Part shown: positions 1 to 9,592 of the stretch, in pieces
Numbering within the stretch: position 1 is the stretch's first letter
Layout of the letters: each line of letters opens with the position of its first letter
Assembly: GCF_014698145.1 (NCBI RefSeq)
Contig: NZ_JACJSM010000001.1
Coordinates: 24,633-88,632 of the forward strand
Direction of reading: 5' to 3'
DNA from: Oscillatoria sp. FACHB-1406
GTDB taxonomy: Bacteria; Cyanobacteriota; Cyanobacteriia; Cyanobacteriales; Spirulinaceae
DNA: 64,000 bases
Program-made: the position numbers and the translations under genes
Notes under the pieces: model-generated
Seen by the model: only the letters and a program-made list of their open reading frames with translations
What the model was told of the DNA's origin: nothing
Database searches by the model: none

Positions 1-1
1 G

Positions 2-1711
2 GACGATCGCGATCGCGTCGAACAGTGCGTGCCGGTACGCGGATCCCTGCGAGATCGCGAAAGGAAAGGCGACCCGGCAACAACAGACGGTTTCGACATC
101 GACTACCGCATTTTTCGACGCGATGGCACGCTACGTTGGCTCCGAGAACGCACCCGCGTCATTTACGATCGCACCGGGTTGGCGATTCGGTGCAACAGTA
201 TTGTCAGCGATATTACCGCCCACAAACAAGCGCAAGAACGCCTTCAGCAACAAATGGAGCGGGAACGCTTGCTCGCTCAACTCGCTCGCGATATTCGCAG
301 TTCTCTCAATTTAGATGAAATCCTTAACACAACCGTGCGCGAAGTGCAAAAGTTATTGGGCTGCGATCGCGCGGCGATCGTGCGTCTGGCCGCTCCGGAG
401 TCGGGGACAATTTCTCACGAAGCGCGCGCCGACGGCATAGAATCGCTCTCAAAGGTTCAACTCGCCGATCTGCAATTCCTCCACGCGCCCGCTCGCAACG
501 ACTCTCAAGCTAGTGCAGCGTCCGTCTCGCAAGAATACATCGAGGATACTGTCCCGAACTTACCGCCCGCGCTGCAAAAAATCGGTGTAAAATCTCAGCT
601 TGTGCTGCCCATTCTCCAACAAAAAGCATTATGGGGATTGCTGGTCGTTCATCAATGCCGAGAGCAGCGCGACTGGCAGGGTTGGGAAGTAGAATTGTTA
701 CAACAACTCGCCACTCAAGTTGCGATCGCGCTCTACCAAGCTCAATTGTTGGAGGAACAAACCCGCTATGCGCGCGAACTCGCCCGTTCCAATCAAGAAT
801 TAGAACAGTTTGCCTACATCGCCTCCCACGACCTCCAGGAACCGCTGCGAGCCGCGATCGGTTTTGCCCAACTGCTCGAACAAGAGTATCGAGACGTTCT
901 CGGCGCGGAGGGACGAGAGTACGTCGATTTTATCGTCGAAGGTGCAATGCGAATGCGCCAACTGATTCAAGACCTTTTGGCGCTTTCGCGGGTGGGGACT
1001 CGAGGCAAGCAATTTGCCCTCACCGATTGCGGGTACGCCCTCGAACAAGCCTTGGATAACCTGAAAGTCGCGATCGCAGAAAGTAACGCGCTTGTTACCT
1101 ACGACCCTCTCCCCACGATCGTAGCGGACGAGTGCCAATTGATTCAGTTGTTCCAAAACACGATCGCGAATGCCATTAAGTTTCGCTCCGAACGGCAGCC
1201 CCGCATTCACATCCGAGCGGAGTCAGAACCTGCCGATAGCGTGTCCCGTTCCCATTTTCGAGGAGACCTCAAGGGGCCGAAGCGCCGAGGTTCCCTCGGC
1301 AATCAAGCGCCGCCAAGTTCTGAAACTCAGTCTGTTACGAGTCCCGCTCCCATTTTCGAGGAAACCTCCAGGGGCCGAAGCGCCGAGGTTCCCTCGTCAA
1401 TCAAGCGCCGCCCCGCGAACACAGGAAACTCTACTGCCTGGTTGTTCTCCGTGCGCGATAACGGCATTGGCATTGAGGAGAAATACCGCGATCGCATCTT
1501 TGAAATTTTCCAACGCCTTCATACCCGCGAGCAATACGAGGGAACGGGCATTGGCTTGGCAATTTGCCAGAAAATCGTTCAACGCCACGAGGGACGGATT
1601 TGGGTCGAGTCAATCCCCGGTGAAGGCTCGGTATTTTATTTCACCCTGATGAGTGGTGAAGCCCCAGCCGAAGACATCCCAAAGGGCGGCACTTCAAGGC
1701 AGAATCCTTGA
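2..1711 (+). CDS. PAS-GAF sensor histidine kinase, 5'-truncated by window edge. H-box IASHDLQEPLR and ATP-binding motif DNGIGI are present; a roughly 70-aa insertion encoded by a palindromic tandem repeat sits in the ATPase domain.
   Basis: Frame is open from nt 2. PAS C-terminus (DITAHKQAQERL), GAF (LWGLLVVHQCREQRDWQ), HisKA H-box and HATPase motifs read from translation. Confidence 0.85.
   Translation, partial: DDRDRVEQCVPVRGSLRDRERKGDPATTDGFDIDYRIFRRDGTLRWLRERTRVIYDRTGLAIRCNSIVSDITAHKQAQERLQQQMERERLLAQLARDIRSSLNLDEILNTTVREVQKLLGCDRAAIVRLAAPESGTISHEARADGIESLSKVQLADLQFLHAPARNDSQASAASVSQEYIEDTVPNLPPALQKIGVKSQLVLPILQQKALWGLLVVHQCREQRDWQGWEVELLQQLATQVAIALYQAQLLEEQTRYARELARSNQELEQFAYIASHDLQEPLRAAIGFAQLLEQEYRDVLGAEGREYVDFIVEGAMRMRQLIQDLLALSRVGTRGKQFALTDCGYALEQALDNLKVAIAESNALVTYDPLPTIVADECQLIQLFQNTIANAIKFRSERQPRIHIRAESEPADSVSRSHFRGDLKGPKRRGSLGNQAPPSSETQSVTSPAPIFEETSRGRSAEVPSSIKRRPANTGNSTAWLFSVRDNGIGIEEKYRDRIFEIFQRLHTREQYEGTGIGLAICQKIVQRHEGRIWVESIPGEGSVFYFTLMSGEAPAEDIPKGGTSRQNP
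1243..1412 (+). repeat. Two copies of a 72-bp palindromic (hairpin) element, 98 bp apart, in-frame inside the kinase ATPase domain.
   Basis: GTCCCGYTCCCATTTTCGAGGARACCTCMAGGGGCCGAAGCGCCGAGGTTCCCTCGKCAATCAAGCGCCGCC repeated twice. Internal inverted repeat CGAGGRAACCTC / GAGGTTCCCTCG. Confidence 0.9.
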
Positions 1712-2046
1712 ATCAATCTTGCCTATCGCATATTTCCATAGATCTTTTTCGTTCTAAACTAGAAGCAGGAAAAACGTTGTTAACGTCAGAATTTACTCAA
1801 ACTGCCGAACAGCATTATGTTTTTGAGGAGTGGCTAAAAACTGTTACTGTCATCATGAGCAAAATCGGCGAATACTATGCCTCATTACTCGTTAATGATG
1901 AAGGCTTGCGAGTCTTAGCATTAGCAACCAGCGCTATGGCTCGAGCAGATCGTGCAAGACCGAAGCGCAGACGTGAGTCCTCCGTAGAGTTTATTATTGT
2001 TGAGTGGGGCAGCCCCGTCCAAAGCGTGGGTGGGTCAATTTACTGA
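1708..2046 (+). CDS. Hypothetical 112-aa protein with start and stop overlapped by its neighbours: ATGA overlap with the kinase stop, TGATG overlap with the regulator start.
   Basis: ORF exactly fills the gap between HK stop (1709-1711) and RR start (2046-2048) with overlapping stop/start codons. No recognisable domain. Confidence 0.3.
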   Translation: MNQSCLSHISIDLFRSKLEAGKTLLTSEFTQTAEQHYVFEEWLKTVTVIMSKIGEYYASLLVNDEGLRVLALATSAMARADRARPKRRRESSVEFIIVEWGSPVQSVGGSIY

Positions 2047-2492
2047 TGAGGCGCTTTCCCCCCCGACCGATCGAAATTCTCTTGGTTGAGGATTCTATTA
2101 GCGATGCCAAACTGATGGCTAAAGCCCTCAGACAATGCAAAATCGCCACTCAGATTCATCGCGTTCGAGATGGAGTCGAGGCACTTGATTTTTTGCGGCA
2201 AGAGGGGCAATATGCTGACTGTCCGCTACCGCATTTAATCCTCCTCGACCTCAATCTGCCTCGAAAAAATGGTTGGGAGGTTCTCACAGAAATTAAGTCT
2301 GACCCGCGTCTGCGTGCAATTCCCGCGATTGTCTCGAGCAGTTCTGACGACAGTCGGGATATTTTGCGAGCTTACCAACTCCATGCCAATTCTTACGTGG
2401 CTAAACCGACCAATCTCGAACAATTTAGGGATTTAGTTCGCTCGCTTGAAGATTTTTGGTTAACTCTGGCTAAACTTCCTTCTTTATATTGA
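2046..2492 (+). CDS. Single-domain CheY-like response regulator (Rcp1-like receiver).
   Basis: ILLVEDSISDAKL ... LILLDLNLPRKNGWEVL ... receiver motifs with conserved Asp and Lys positions. Start taken at the internal ATG overlapping the upstream stop. Confidence 0.85.
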   Translation: MRRFPPRPIEILLVEDSISDAKLMAKALRQCKIATQIHRVRDGVEALDFLRQEGQYADCPLPHLILLDLNLPRKNGWEVLTEIKSDPRLRAIPAIVSSSSDDSRDILRAYQLHANSYVAKPTNLEQFRDLVRSLEDFWLTLAKLPSLY

Positions 2493-2758
2493 AACTTAAG
2501 GGTCTTCAAGTATTGACTGCATTCGTCCTAGAGTCCTTCTCGCGTGCTGCTGAGGGGAGCGGCTTAATTGCGAGTTTCGTGAATTTGTGGATAAAACTGG
2601 AACAGGGACAATGCCGATAACTTGAAATACCATCGATTAAGGTGAGTTAGACCGAAATGTCAATTTTGGGGATTACTGCGAAAGCATGAGACTATCGACT
2701 TACGACAGAATCAAGGTTTTAAGCTCCCTCAAACTTGCCTTAATTCCTTGAAATTAAG

Positions 2759-4654
2759 ATGCTGACAACGGTGCTACTGGTTGAAGACAATTCTGCGGAT
2801 GCGCGTTTGCTGGAGCTTTTTTTAGCTCGCACGAAGGGTAAGCAATACAGCTTTGTGAGAGTGGAAACGCTGGCAGCAGCACTGAAAGCGGTCGAGGAAA
2901 ACGAATTTAGTGCAATCTTGCTCGATTTATCGTTACCCGACAGTCACGGACTGGAAACGTTAGGTCATATGTACGAAACCGCAGCGAACGTTCCGATTGT
3001 TGTCTTGACGGGATTTGATGATGAAGAACTGGCGATCGCGGCGCTCAGAGAAGGGGCGCAAGATTATTTGATTAAGAATGAGATCGATTCTAACGTTTTG
3101 AGGCGGGCGATTCACTACGCGATCGAACGGCAGCAGATGCTGGCTCAAATGCAAGCATCTGAAGTCCGATATCGCGGTATTGTTGAGGATTTAACGGAGT
3201 TTATTTGCCGGTTTTTGCCCGATGGAACGATTACTTTCGCTAATGATGCTTACTGCCGCTATTTTGGTTTAGAAGTGGGTAGCGCGATCGGACAGCGTTT
3301 TTTGCCGCCGATTCCGTTTGAGGATGCTGAGTTAGTGCGGCAGCATTTTGAAGCGATCGCGCCGCAAACACCAACGCACACCATCGAACATCGCGTTATC
3401 GTCCCGAACGGCGAGATTCGCTGGCAACAGCGCATCGATCGCGCTATTTTCGACGAGCGCGGGCGCATTGTCGAGTATCAGTCCGTCGGACGCGATATTA
3501 CCGCCCTCAAGCAAGTTGAGGAGCAACTGCAACAACGTCTCGCCCGCGAGCGTTTGCTCGGTTTGATTACTCAACGTATCTTGCAATCGTCCGATCCGCT
3601 CGCAATTCTTCAAACGACGGTGGATGAGTTAAGCACTTTTCTCGAATGCGATCGCGTCATTGTCGGGCAATTTCAGCCCGATGGTAGCAGCCAAGTCATC
3701 GTCGAAGCCTTACGTTTCAATGCCCTTTCTATGCTCGATTTTACCTTGCCCGAGTTTGGGATTGTGGACGCTTTAAGGCGCGTTGGCACGAAGGAGGAAA
3801 TCGATCCGCTCTGCTGGCAACACGAGGCTTTATCGAACGAACTAGCGCAATTTCGGATTCAAAGTCAATGGGTGGTGCCGATTTGGACGAGCGGGCGGGG
3901 CGACTCGGATGACTGCCATTTATTTCTCCCCACGTGCGAGGGAGGAACAGCAGAAACGAGTTCTCGCGTCTGTTTGTGGGGGCTGCTTGCCGTTCATCAG
4001 AGCAACCGCGCGCGCCAGTGGGATGAATCGGAGACGAGCTTGCTCGAGCAGGTGGCCAACCAATTAGCGATCGCGATTCAGCAGTTTCAACTCTACCAAA
4101 ATCTTAAAGCGGCTAATCAAGAGCTAAAACTGCTGGCTTCAGTGGATGGTTTGACGCAAGCGGCAAATCGTCGTTGTTTCGACGAGTATCTCGATCTGCA
4201 ATGGGAGCGCAGTCTGAAGGAAGGCTTGCCGTTATCTTTGATTTTGTGCGATATCGATTTTTTTAAGTTCTACAACGATTGCTACGGACATCTGGCTGGC
4301 GACGAATGCCTCAAGCAAGTGGTTGCCCAAATCAGCAGCGTCGTGCGCAATGCGTCGGGTTTAGTGGCGCGCTATGGGGGGGAAGAGTTTGCGATTGTTT
4401 TACCCGATACGGCTTTGACTAGAGCGTATCAGATTGCTCAGCAGATTTCGGCTCGCGTTAAAGCGCTCCAGATTCCTCACGCCAGATCGGAGGTTAACGA
4501 TTACGTGACGCTGAGTTTGGGGGTAGCGAGTACGATTCCCCGACGCGAGGGCGATAGCTTGCAACTGATTGCGGCGGCAGATCGGGCGTTGTATCATGCT
4601 AAAGCGAGCGGGCGCGATCGCGCCGTGCAAAAATTGATGGTGGTTTTGGATTGA
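2759..4654 (+). CDS. Response-regulator receiver + PAS + GAF + GGDEF diguanylate cyclase.
   Basis: N-terminal receiver (VLLVEDNSADARLLE ... ILLDLSLPDSHG), PAS (RYRGIVEDLTEFICRF), GAF (LWGLLAVHQSNRARQWDE), GGDEF motif RYGGEEFAIVLPD. Confidence 0.9.
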   Translation: MLTTVLLVEDNSADARLLELFLARTKGKQYSFVRVETLAAALKAVEENEFSAILLDLSLPDSHGLETLGHMYETAANVPIVVLTGFDDEELAIAALREGAQDYLIKNEIDSNVLRRAIHYAIERQQMLAQMQASEVRYRGIVEDLTEFICRFLPDGTITFANDAYCRYFGLEVGSAIGQRFLPPIPFEDAELVRQHFEAIAPQTPTHTIEHRVIVPNGEIRWQQRIDRAIFDERGRIVEYQSVGRDITALKQVEEQLQQRLARERLLGLITQRILQSSDPLAILQTTVDELSTFLECDRVIVGQFQPDGSSQVIVEALRFNALSMLDFTLPEFGIVDALRRVGTKEEIDPLCWQHEALSNELAQFRIQSQWVVPIWTSGRGDSDDCHLFLPTCEGGTAETSSRVCLWGLLAVHQSNRARQWDESETSLLEQVANQLAIAIQQFQLYQNLKAANQELKLLASVDGLTQAANRRCFDEYLDLQWERSLKEGLPLSLILCDIDFFKFYNDCYGHLAGDECLKQVVAQISSVVRNASGLVARYGGEEFAIVLPDTALTRAYQIAQQISARVKALQIPHARSEVNDYVTLSLGVASTIPRREGDSLQLIAAADRALYHAKASGRDRAVQKLMVVLD

Positions 4655-4667
4655 GGCTGGGCTGGCG

Positions 4668-5996
4668 CTAATCATTCCGAATCGCGCGCTCGAACAAGCG
4701 AAAATACTCTTTAGCAATAATTTCTGGAGTAAAATGCTCCATTAAGTAAGCGCGCCCCGACGATCCCCAATTTTTCACCAGTTCGGGAGTTTTTGCTAAA
4801 TGGCGAATGAAATTTGCTAAACCCAGACTGTCGCCATTGTTGAAGGCTCGCCCGCAGTCGGCGTTATCGAGCAGTTCGCGCAAGTAGGAGTGCGGCTCGC
4901 AAATTGCAGCAACCGGACGACCGGCGGCTAAAATACCGTAGAGTTTGCTGGGCGCGATAACTCCTTCTAAGCCGCAGCTAATGCTAACAATTGAGAGATC
5001 GCAAGCGGTTAGGGAGTACGGCAAGACAGATTTATCTTGATAGGGCAAAAATAAGCAATTATTTAAGTTTAGGGATTTGACTCGTTCGATGCAACTTTCG
5101 AGTTTGGCTCCCTGCCCGATGAAGACAAATTGAATGGGTTCGTCTTGCAATAGATGGGCGGCATCCAAGAGCGTATCGAGATCGTGGCAGCGTCCGAGGT
5201 TGCCGGAGTAGAGGACGGTGAATTTTTCGGTGAGGTCGAATTTGCGCGCGAACCAGTTCTGTTGTTTTTCGATGGGTGCGATCGCCTCTGGATCTGCCCA
5301 ACTGGGTATAATGGCGATTTTATGGGCAATTTCGGGATACTGCGCCACAACTCGATTTTTCATGCTCGGAGACAGGACGATAATGCTCTGGGCGTGTTTC
5401 CAAGTCTGGCGGTTGCACCAATTCCAAAGGCGTACCAGCCAATGCCGAGGCGAGATCACGTTCAATTCGACAGCGACATCGGGATAGAGGTCGTAGAGGA
5501 TACAAATATAGGGAAGTCCGAACAGTAAATGGGCGAGGTAGCCTAAGAAGGGTAGATATGCAGGTTCCGTGGAAATTGTCAAGAGGTCGCGCTGTTTTGC
5601 CGTTTTCAGCAGGTGCATCGCCGCGCGCAGACAAAATAGCAAACCGTTGATGGCACGCCCGCGAATGCGTAAGGGTAAAATTCGGGAAGTTCGCGATCGC
5701 TGAATGCTAACGCACTCGGTAACTTCGCGCTTAGGAGCGGAATCTTTCTTGAAGGCATATCCGGGCTGTCCCGTAAAGATATTGACTTGCATCCCCAACC
5801 CTCCCAAACGAGCGGCTAGTTCGGAAATTAGCTGTCCGGTAGCGGCGTAGTCGGGCGGGTAAAACTGAGTAACGATTAGAAGCCTTTGCTCGTCGCACGC
5901 CCCCGCGATATCTTTATGGGGTTTGCGCTTCCCTCGAGACTGAAACTGTAGGGGCAAAAACCAGGATTTAGGTAGATGTTCGTTGACCATGCCCAA
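4668..5996 (-). CDS. Family-4 (GT-B fold) glycosyltransferase.
   Basis: C-terminal GT1/GT4 signature (FVFIGQGAKLE ... LFLPYQDKSVLPYSLTACDLSIV ... SKLYGILAAGRPV). Confidence 0.75.
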   Translation of the reverse strand: MGMVNEHLPKSWFLPLQFQSRGKRKPHKDIAGACDEQRLLIVTQFYPPDYAATGQLISELAARLGGLGMQVNIFTGQPGYAFKKDSAPKREVTECVSIQRSRTSRILPLRIRGRAINGLLFCLRAAMHLLKTAKQRDLLTISTEPAYLPFLGYLAHLLFGLPYICILYDLYPDVAVELNVISPRHWLVRLWNWCNRQTWKHAQSIIVLSPSMKNRVVAQYPEIAHKIAIIPSWADPEAIAPIEKQQNWFARKFDLTEKFTVLYSGNLGRCHDLDTLLDAAHLLQDEPIQFVFIGQGAKLESCIERVKSLNLNNCLFLPYQDKSVLPYSLTACDLSIVSISCGLEGVIAPSKLYGILAAGRPVAAICEPHSYLRELLDNADCGRAFNNGDSLGLANFIRHLAKTPELVKNWGSSGRAYLMEHFTPEIIAKEYFRLFERAIRND

Positions 5997-6499
5997 TGTT
6001 AGCGGAACGGGGGTGGAAGAGCGGTTACTGCACAGTCGAGTATCGGGGGTTGGGGATGGAAGCTCGCGATCGAGTTAACCCCTGTAAGCCTTAAGTTGCA
6101 ATAGATTGGAGGTCTTCGAGGGCAGCGAGTCGGCGACTAGCTGCTAAGGAAGCACAATTACTCCAAAAACGCTTAAATCAAGAGTGGACAGTTACCCCGG
6201 TAAATCGATCGAACTTAGGGTGCGATTGCAAAGGAGATTATACTGCACTGCGAGATAATTCAGCGGAAGTTAGCCGCTAGAACTTTTGAACTCAGCAACT
6301 CTTCGCAATTTGGTCTATCTTTGCAATTTGGGTGAAAATACTGAATTGAGAGTTTTATAAGGGCGTTGACTCTCGCTTTGGGAATGGTATTAGAGGCGTT
6401 TTCGGGAAATACTGACTTTGCATATCCGAGCTTTTATTGAATTTGCGATCGCTTCTTAAAGATTCTGTAAAGTTGACGGATTCGGGTTTTCAGAAGTTC

Positions 6500-7438
6500 C
6501 TAGCGTTCGTCGCTACTTAAGAGTTTCACGAGGGCGCGATTGCCAAGGACGGTGAGATGAACGCTATCGCGAAAGTAAGTTTTGACGGTGGCGGGAGGCA
6601 GTTTCGACCAAGCCGCCTGACTATCGTATGCACGAATATTTAATTCTGTCAATATTTTTAGGAATTCTGCTTTAAACGGCGGTTCGCTGGGCTGGGGTAA
6701 GATATCCGTCCAATTGGGGGTATAAAGGACGGAAACGGGGATATTTTGCTGGCGTGCGAGGGTGGCGATGGCGCGCAGCGATTGCATATTTTGGCGGAAT
6801 TGGGTTTCGGGAGTTGCGGTTGTCGGAATTTCCTTCGGGGGTGGTGCGGGAAAAATGCGCGGCAGAAGATAGCGGGCGAAGAGTTCTTGTAGGGCGAGGA
6901 GGGGGCGATGGTTGGGATAGTTGGGATCGATTCCGACGCGATCGCTCGTACTGGTGGGCTGAACGAGATCGTGCGTACCAATTTGTAGGATGAGGGCGTT
7001 ACTGTCGAATAAGCCGAATTCGCGCAAGTATCCTAAAGCATTGCCAATTCCCCAAGATCCGGCGGAAGCGTTGAGAACTTCGACTGATTTTTTTGTTTTT
7101 GCGAGTTCGGCTTGAAAAAGGGCGGTAATTGTCTCATTTTGGGCGATGGGCGTACCGCCATTGAGAACGGAATCTCCTGTCATCAGGATGCGGAACGTCG
7201 GGGCGGGTTTGGGGGTTGCGATCGCGTTGGAACGCTGGGAATATTGATTGTAGGCGATCGTGCGTCCGAAGCGAACGACGTGCTGATTGGGCTGGAAGCG
7301 ATATCCCGTCAGAGGATCGGCTTGAGAGAGAACGGGCGTTCCTAAGCCGAAGGCTAAGCGCAGGAAAAGTTCGATCGCGATCGCGCCAATGACTACTCCC
7401 CCTAAAAAAAGTTTAAATCTTTTGCGTCGTTTCCTCAT
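6500..7438 (-). CDS. Membrane-anchored SGNH/GDSL-family hydrolase.
   Basis: N-terminal TM helix; GDS(V) block ILMTGDSVLNGG; C-terminal DSVHLT block typical of SGNH hydrolases. Confidence 0.65.
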   Translation of the reverse strand: MRKRRKRFKLFLGGVVIGAIAIELFLRLAFGLGTPVLSQADPLTGYRFQPNQHVVRFGRTIAYNQYSQRSNAIATPKPAPTFRILMTGDSVLNGGTPIAQNETITALFQAELAKTKKSVEVLNASAGSWGIGNALGYLREFGLFDSNALILQIGTHDLVQPTSTSDRVGIDPNYPNHRPLLALQELFARYLLPRIFPAPPPKEIPTTATPETQFRQNMQSLRAIATLARQQNIPVSVLYTPNWTDILPQPSEPPFKAEFLKILTELNIRAYDSQAAWSKLPPATVKTYFRDSVHLTVLGNRALVKLLSSDER

Positions 7439-8160
7439 GCTTTAACGCGCCCTACCCAAACTACCGTACTATTTAAGAGATTTCCTAAAAGCGGAAATGG
7501 CGAAAAATAACGCCGTTCGATCGCGATTTTATCTTTCACTATTTTTTCGAGTTTGCGATAATCAAATCCTTTATGCGCTCTCAGTTCGACATCTTCGCGA
7601 TGGGAAGAGGGAAAACTTTCTGCATCCCAAAAAAGACTGGCGGAAACTAACTCGGAAATTCTGTAGCGTTCGTAACCGTAGCGTCCTTTTAAGTTCGCAA
7701 AATAGCGCCCTATTTGTTTGACGAGGAGAGAGGGGCCGACTTCAATCGGGACGGAAATAATTATTTTAGCGCCGGGTTTAGCATAGGGCAAGAAATCCGC
7801 GATCGCGCCTTCTGCATTGCCGACGTGTTCTAGGGTTTCCGTACATAAAATTAAATCGCAACTTTGGGGCAGAATGCGATTTTTCATTTCGTCGGGTTTC
7901 ATAAACTCAAATTCCTGGTTTCCCGAGAACAATTCTTCGCACGCCGAGAGCATATAGTCGGAAATATCGACACCGTAGCCCGATTGAATGATGCCTTGCT
8001 CTCGCGCAACTTTTAACAACCAACCGTCGCCGCAACCAAAGTCTAAAACCCGTTGATAGGATTGGTTATCCAGCGCATCAATTACTTGTTTGAATCGCGA
8101 TTGATGGGCGAGGCGAGTAATCGATGTGCCTTGTTGTAGGAGGCGTTGGGAATAAGACAT
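7435..8160 (-). CDS. Class I SAM-dependent methyltransferase.
   Basis: Motif I VLDFGCGDGWLL; 4-nt overlap with the downstream SGNH gene (operon). Confidence 0.8.
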   Translation of the reverse strand: MSYSQRLLQQGTSITRLAHQSRFKQVIDALDNQSYQRVLDFGCGDGWLLKVAREQGIIQSGYGVDISDYMLSACEELFSGNQEFEFMKPDEMKNRILPQSCDLILCTETLEHVGNAEGAIADFLPYAKPGAKIIISVPIEVGPSLLVKQIGRYFANLKGRYGYERYRISELVSASLFWDAESFPSSHREDVELRAHKGFDYRKLEKIVKDKIAIERRYFSPFPLLGNLLNSTVVWVGRVKA

Positions 8161-8164
8161 TTAA

Positions 8165-8420
8165 ATTAAATTATGAATGATGAGTTATGAGTTATGAATG
8201 GGGAAATTATAAATTATGAGTAATGAGGGGAAAGTTATAAATCATGAATGATGAAGTGTTAAGAGTGAATACTGAATGAAGAACGGTGAATTGGAAATGA
8301 TGAGCAATGAATGGTGGCTGATGACTAATTGATGAGGCATAAACAATACCTAATATAAACTATTGAAAGACAAAGGTCATAATTCATTATTTCTTCATTC
8401 ATCACTCATCACTCATAATT
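8165..8420. repeat. Degenerate heptamer (STRR-like) array of about 27 units (consensus GAATGAT/AATTATG) with a short inverted array at its 3' end.
   Basis: aattatg aatgatg agttatg agttatg ... and, inverted, tcattca tcactca tcactca taattca. Confidence 0.8.
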
Positions 8421-9592
8421 CATAATTTCTTTTGAATAATGCGCTCGTATATAGGGATAAGCTGAGTTGCATTCGCCTCCCAACTGTAGCGCCCGCGCGC
8501 CCAATTCCTGCCATTGTCCCCCATTTTTGCGCGCTGAGTCGGCGAAGTCAAGAGTTGCGCGATCGCGCGTTTTAATGCCTCTACTTCTCCTTCTACCACA
8601 ATTCCTGCCTCCGCTTGCACGATATCGGGGGCAATTTGAATTCCTTGAGTGATAATAACGGGTAATCCCGCTGCCATTGCTTCAGCTACCGCGATCGCAA
8701 AATTATCGGCATAGGACGGTAAGATAAATACATCGCAGCCTTGCAACAAGATATCTTTTTCTTCCCCGCTCGCAAACCCGATAAAAGAGACGCACGATTT
8801 TAAGTCCAAGGCTTCAACAAGTGCTTGAAGTTCCTCAACATAATCTGCCTCTCCCGTTCCCGCAAAAATGAGATGAAACTTTTGCTCCTTCGGCAGAGAA
8901 GATAAAGCTTCTAGCAGTAAATCCGGACGCTTTTTGTAATGCAGTCTCGAGAGGAAAAGAAGCAGAGGAACGTCCCTCGGAAGCTGATAGCGATCGCGAA
9001 CTTTATCCGATGCTTCAGGAAAGCGCGGCGGAACCGGAACGCCGAGGGGAAGCGTAATAGTCGGGTTCATTAAACCGAAGTTTCGCACATCTTGTTCTTC
9101 GCCGCTAGAAGTACAGTGAATTGCAGCTGCTTTTTCTAAGTTGCGTCCTTCGATTAAGCGCATATAAATCTGTTTTTTCTTTCGACTTTGAGCTAATGCC
9201 CAAGGAGAAAGTTGTCCCATCGTTCGAACGGTATAAGGAATGTTATAAAAACGAGCAATTGCCGCCGCGCAACTCGGTGCGTAAGAGAATAAGTAATGAT
9301 TATCTGAAATATCGTAGTTGCGAATATTGTTGACAAACCATTGAGTAATAGCGGGAGAAAAAATGAATTCTTTCAACGGCGGTGAGAAACGCGGTAAAAA
9401 CCAGACGGGAACGCCTTCATATTCAATTTTACGATTTAAAGGAACCTTTAAACGTTCGTTGCCGCAATCGTCTGTCGTAACAATTTCCACGGTTGCACCC
9501 GCAGATTGCAATGCTTTTGTCAAACAAATTGCAACTTGTGTCGGCCCTCCCAGTTCGGGGTTTAATGAAGGAATAACTTGTAATATTTTCAC
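8420..9592 (-). CDS. Family-4 glycosyltransferase.
   Basis: GT-B fold features; the E-x7-E-like region (AVAEAMAAGLPVIIT) is typical of GT4. Confidence 0.8.
   Translation of the reverse strand: MKILQVIPSLNPELGGPTQVAICLTKALQSAGATVEIVTTDDCGNERLKVPLNRKIEYEGVPVWFLPRFSPPLKEFIFSPAITQWFVNNIRNYDISDNHYLFSYAPSCAAAIARFYNIPYTVRTMGQLSPWALAQSRKKKQIYMRLIEGRNLEKAAAIHCTSSGEEQDVRNFGLMNPTITLPLGVPVPPRFPEASDKVRDRYQLPRDVPLLLFLSRLHYKKRPDLLLEALSSLPKEQKFHLIFAGTGEADYVEELQALVEALDLKSCVSFIGFASGEEKDILLQGCDVFILPSYADNFAIAVAEAMAAGLPVIITQGIQIAPDIVQAEAGIVVEGEVEALKRAIAQLLTSPTQRAKMGDNGRNWARGRYSWEANATQLIPIYERIIQKKL

Noticed and set aside
1170-1649. Alternative-frame ORF (159 aa) inside the histidine kinase gene
   Set aside because: Overlaps the kinase reading frame, which carries clear H-box/HATPase motifs.
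2004-2045. Upstream extension of the CheY-like regulator (ORF-finder start 2004)
   Set aside because: The ATG at 2046 overlaps the upstream ORF stop (TGATG) and begins the receiver fold properly (MRRFPPRPIEILLVED). The 14-codon extension is less likely.
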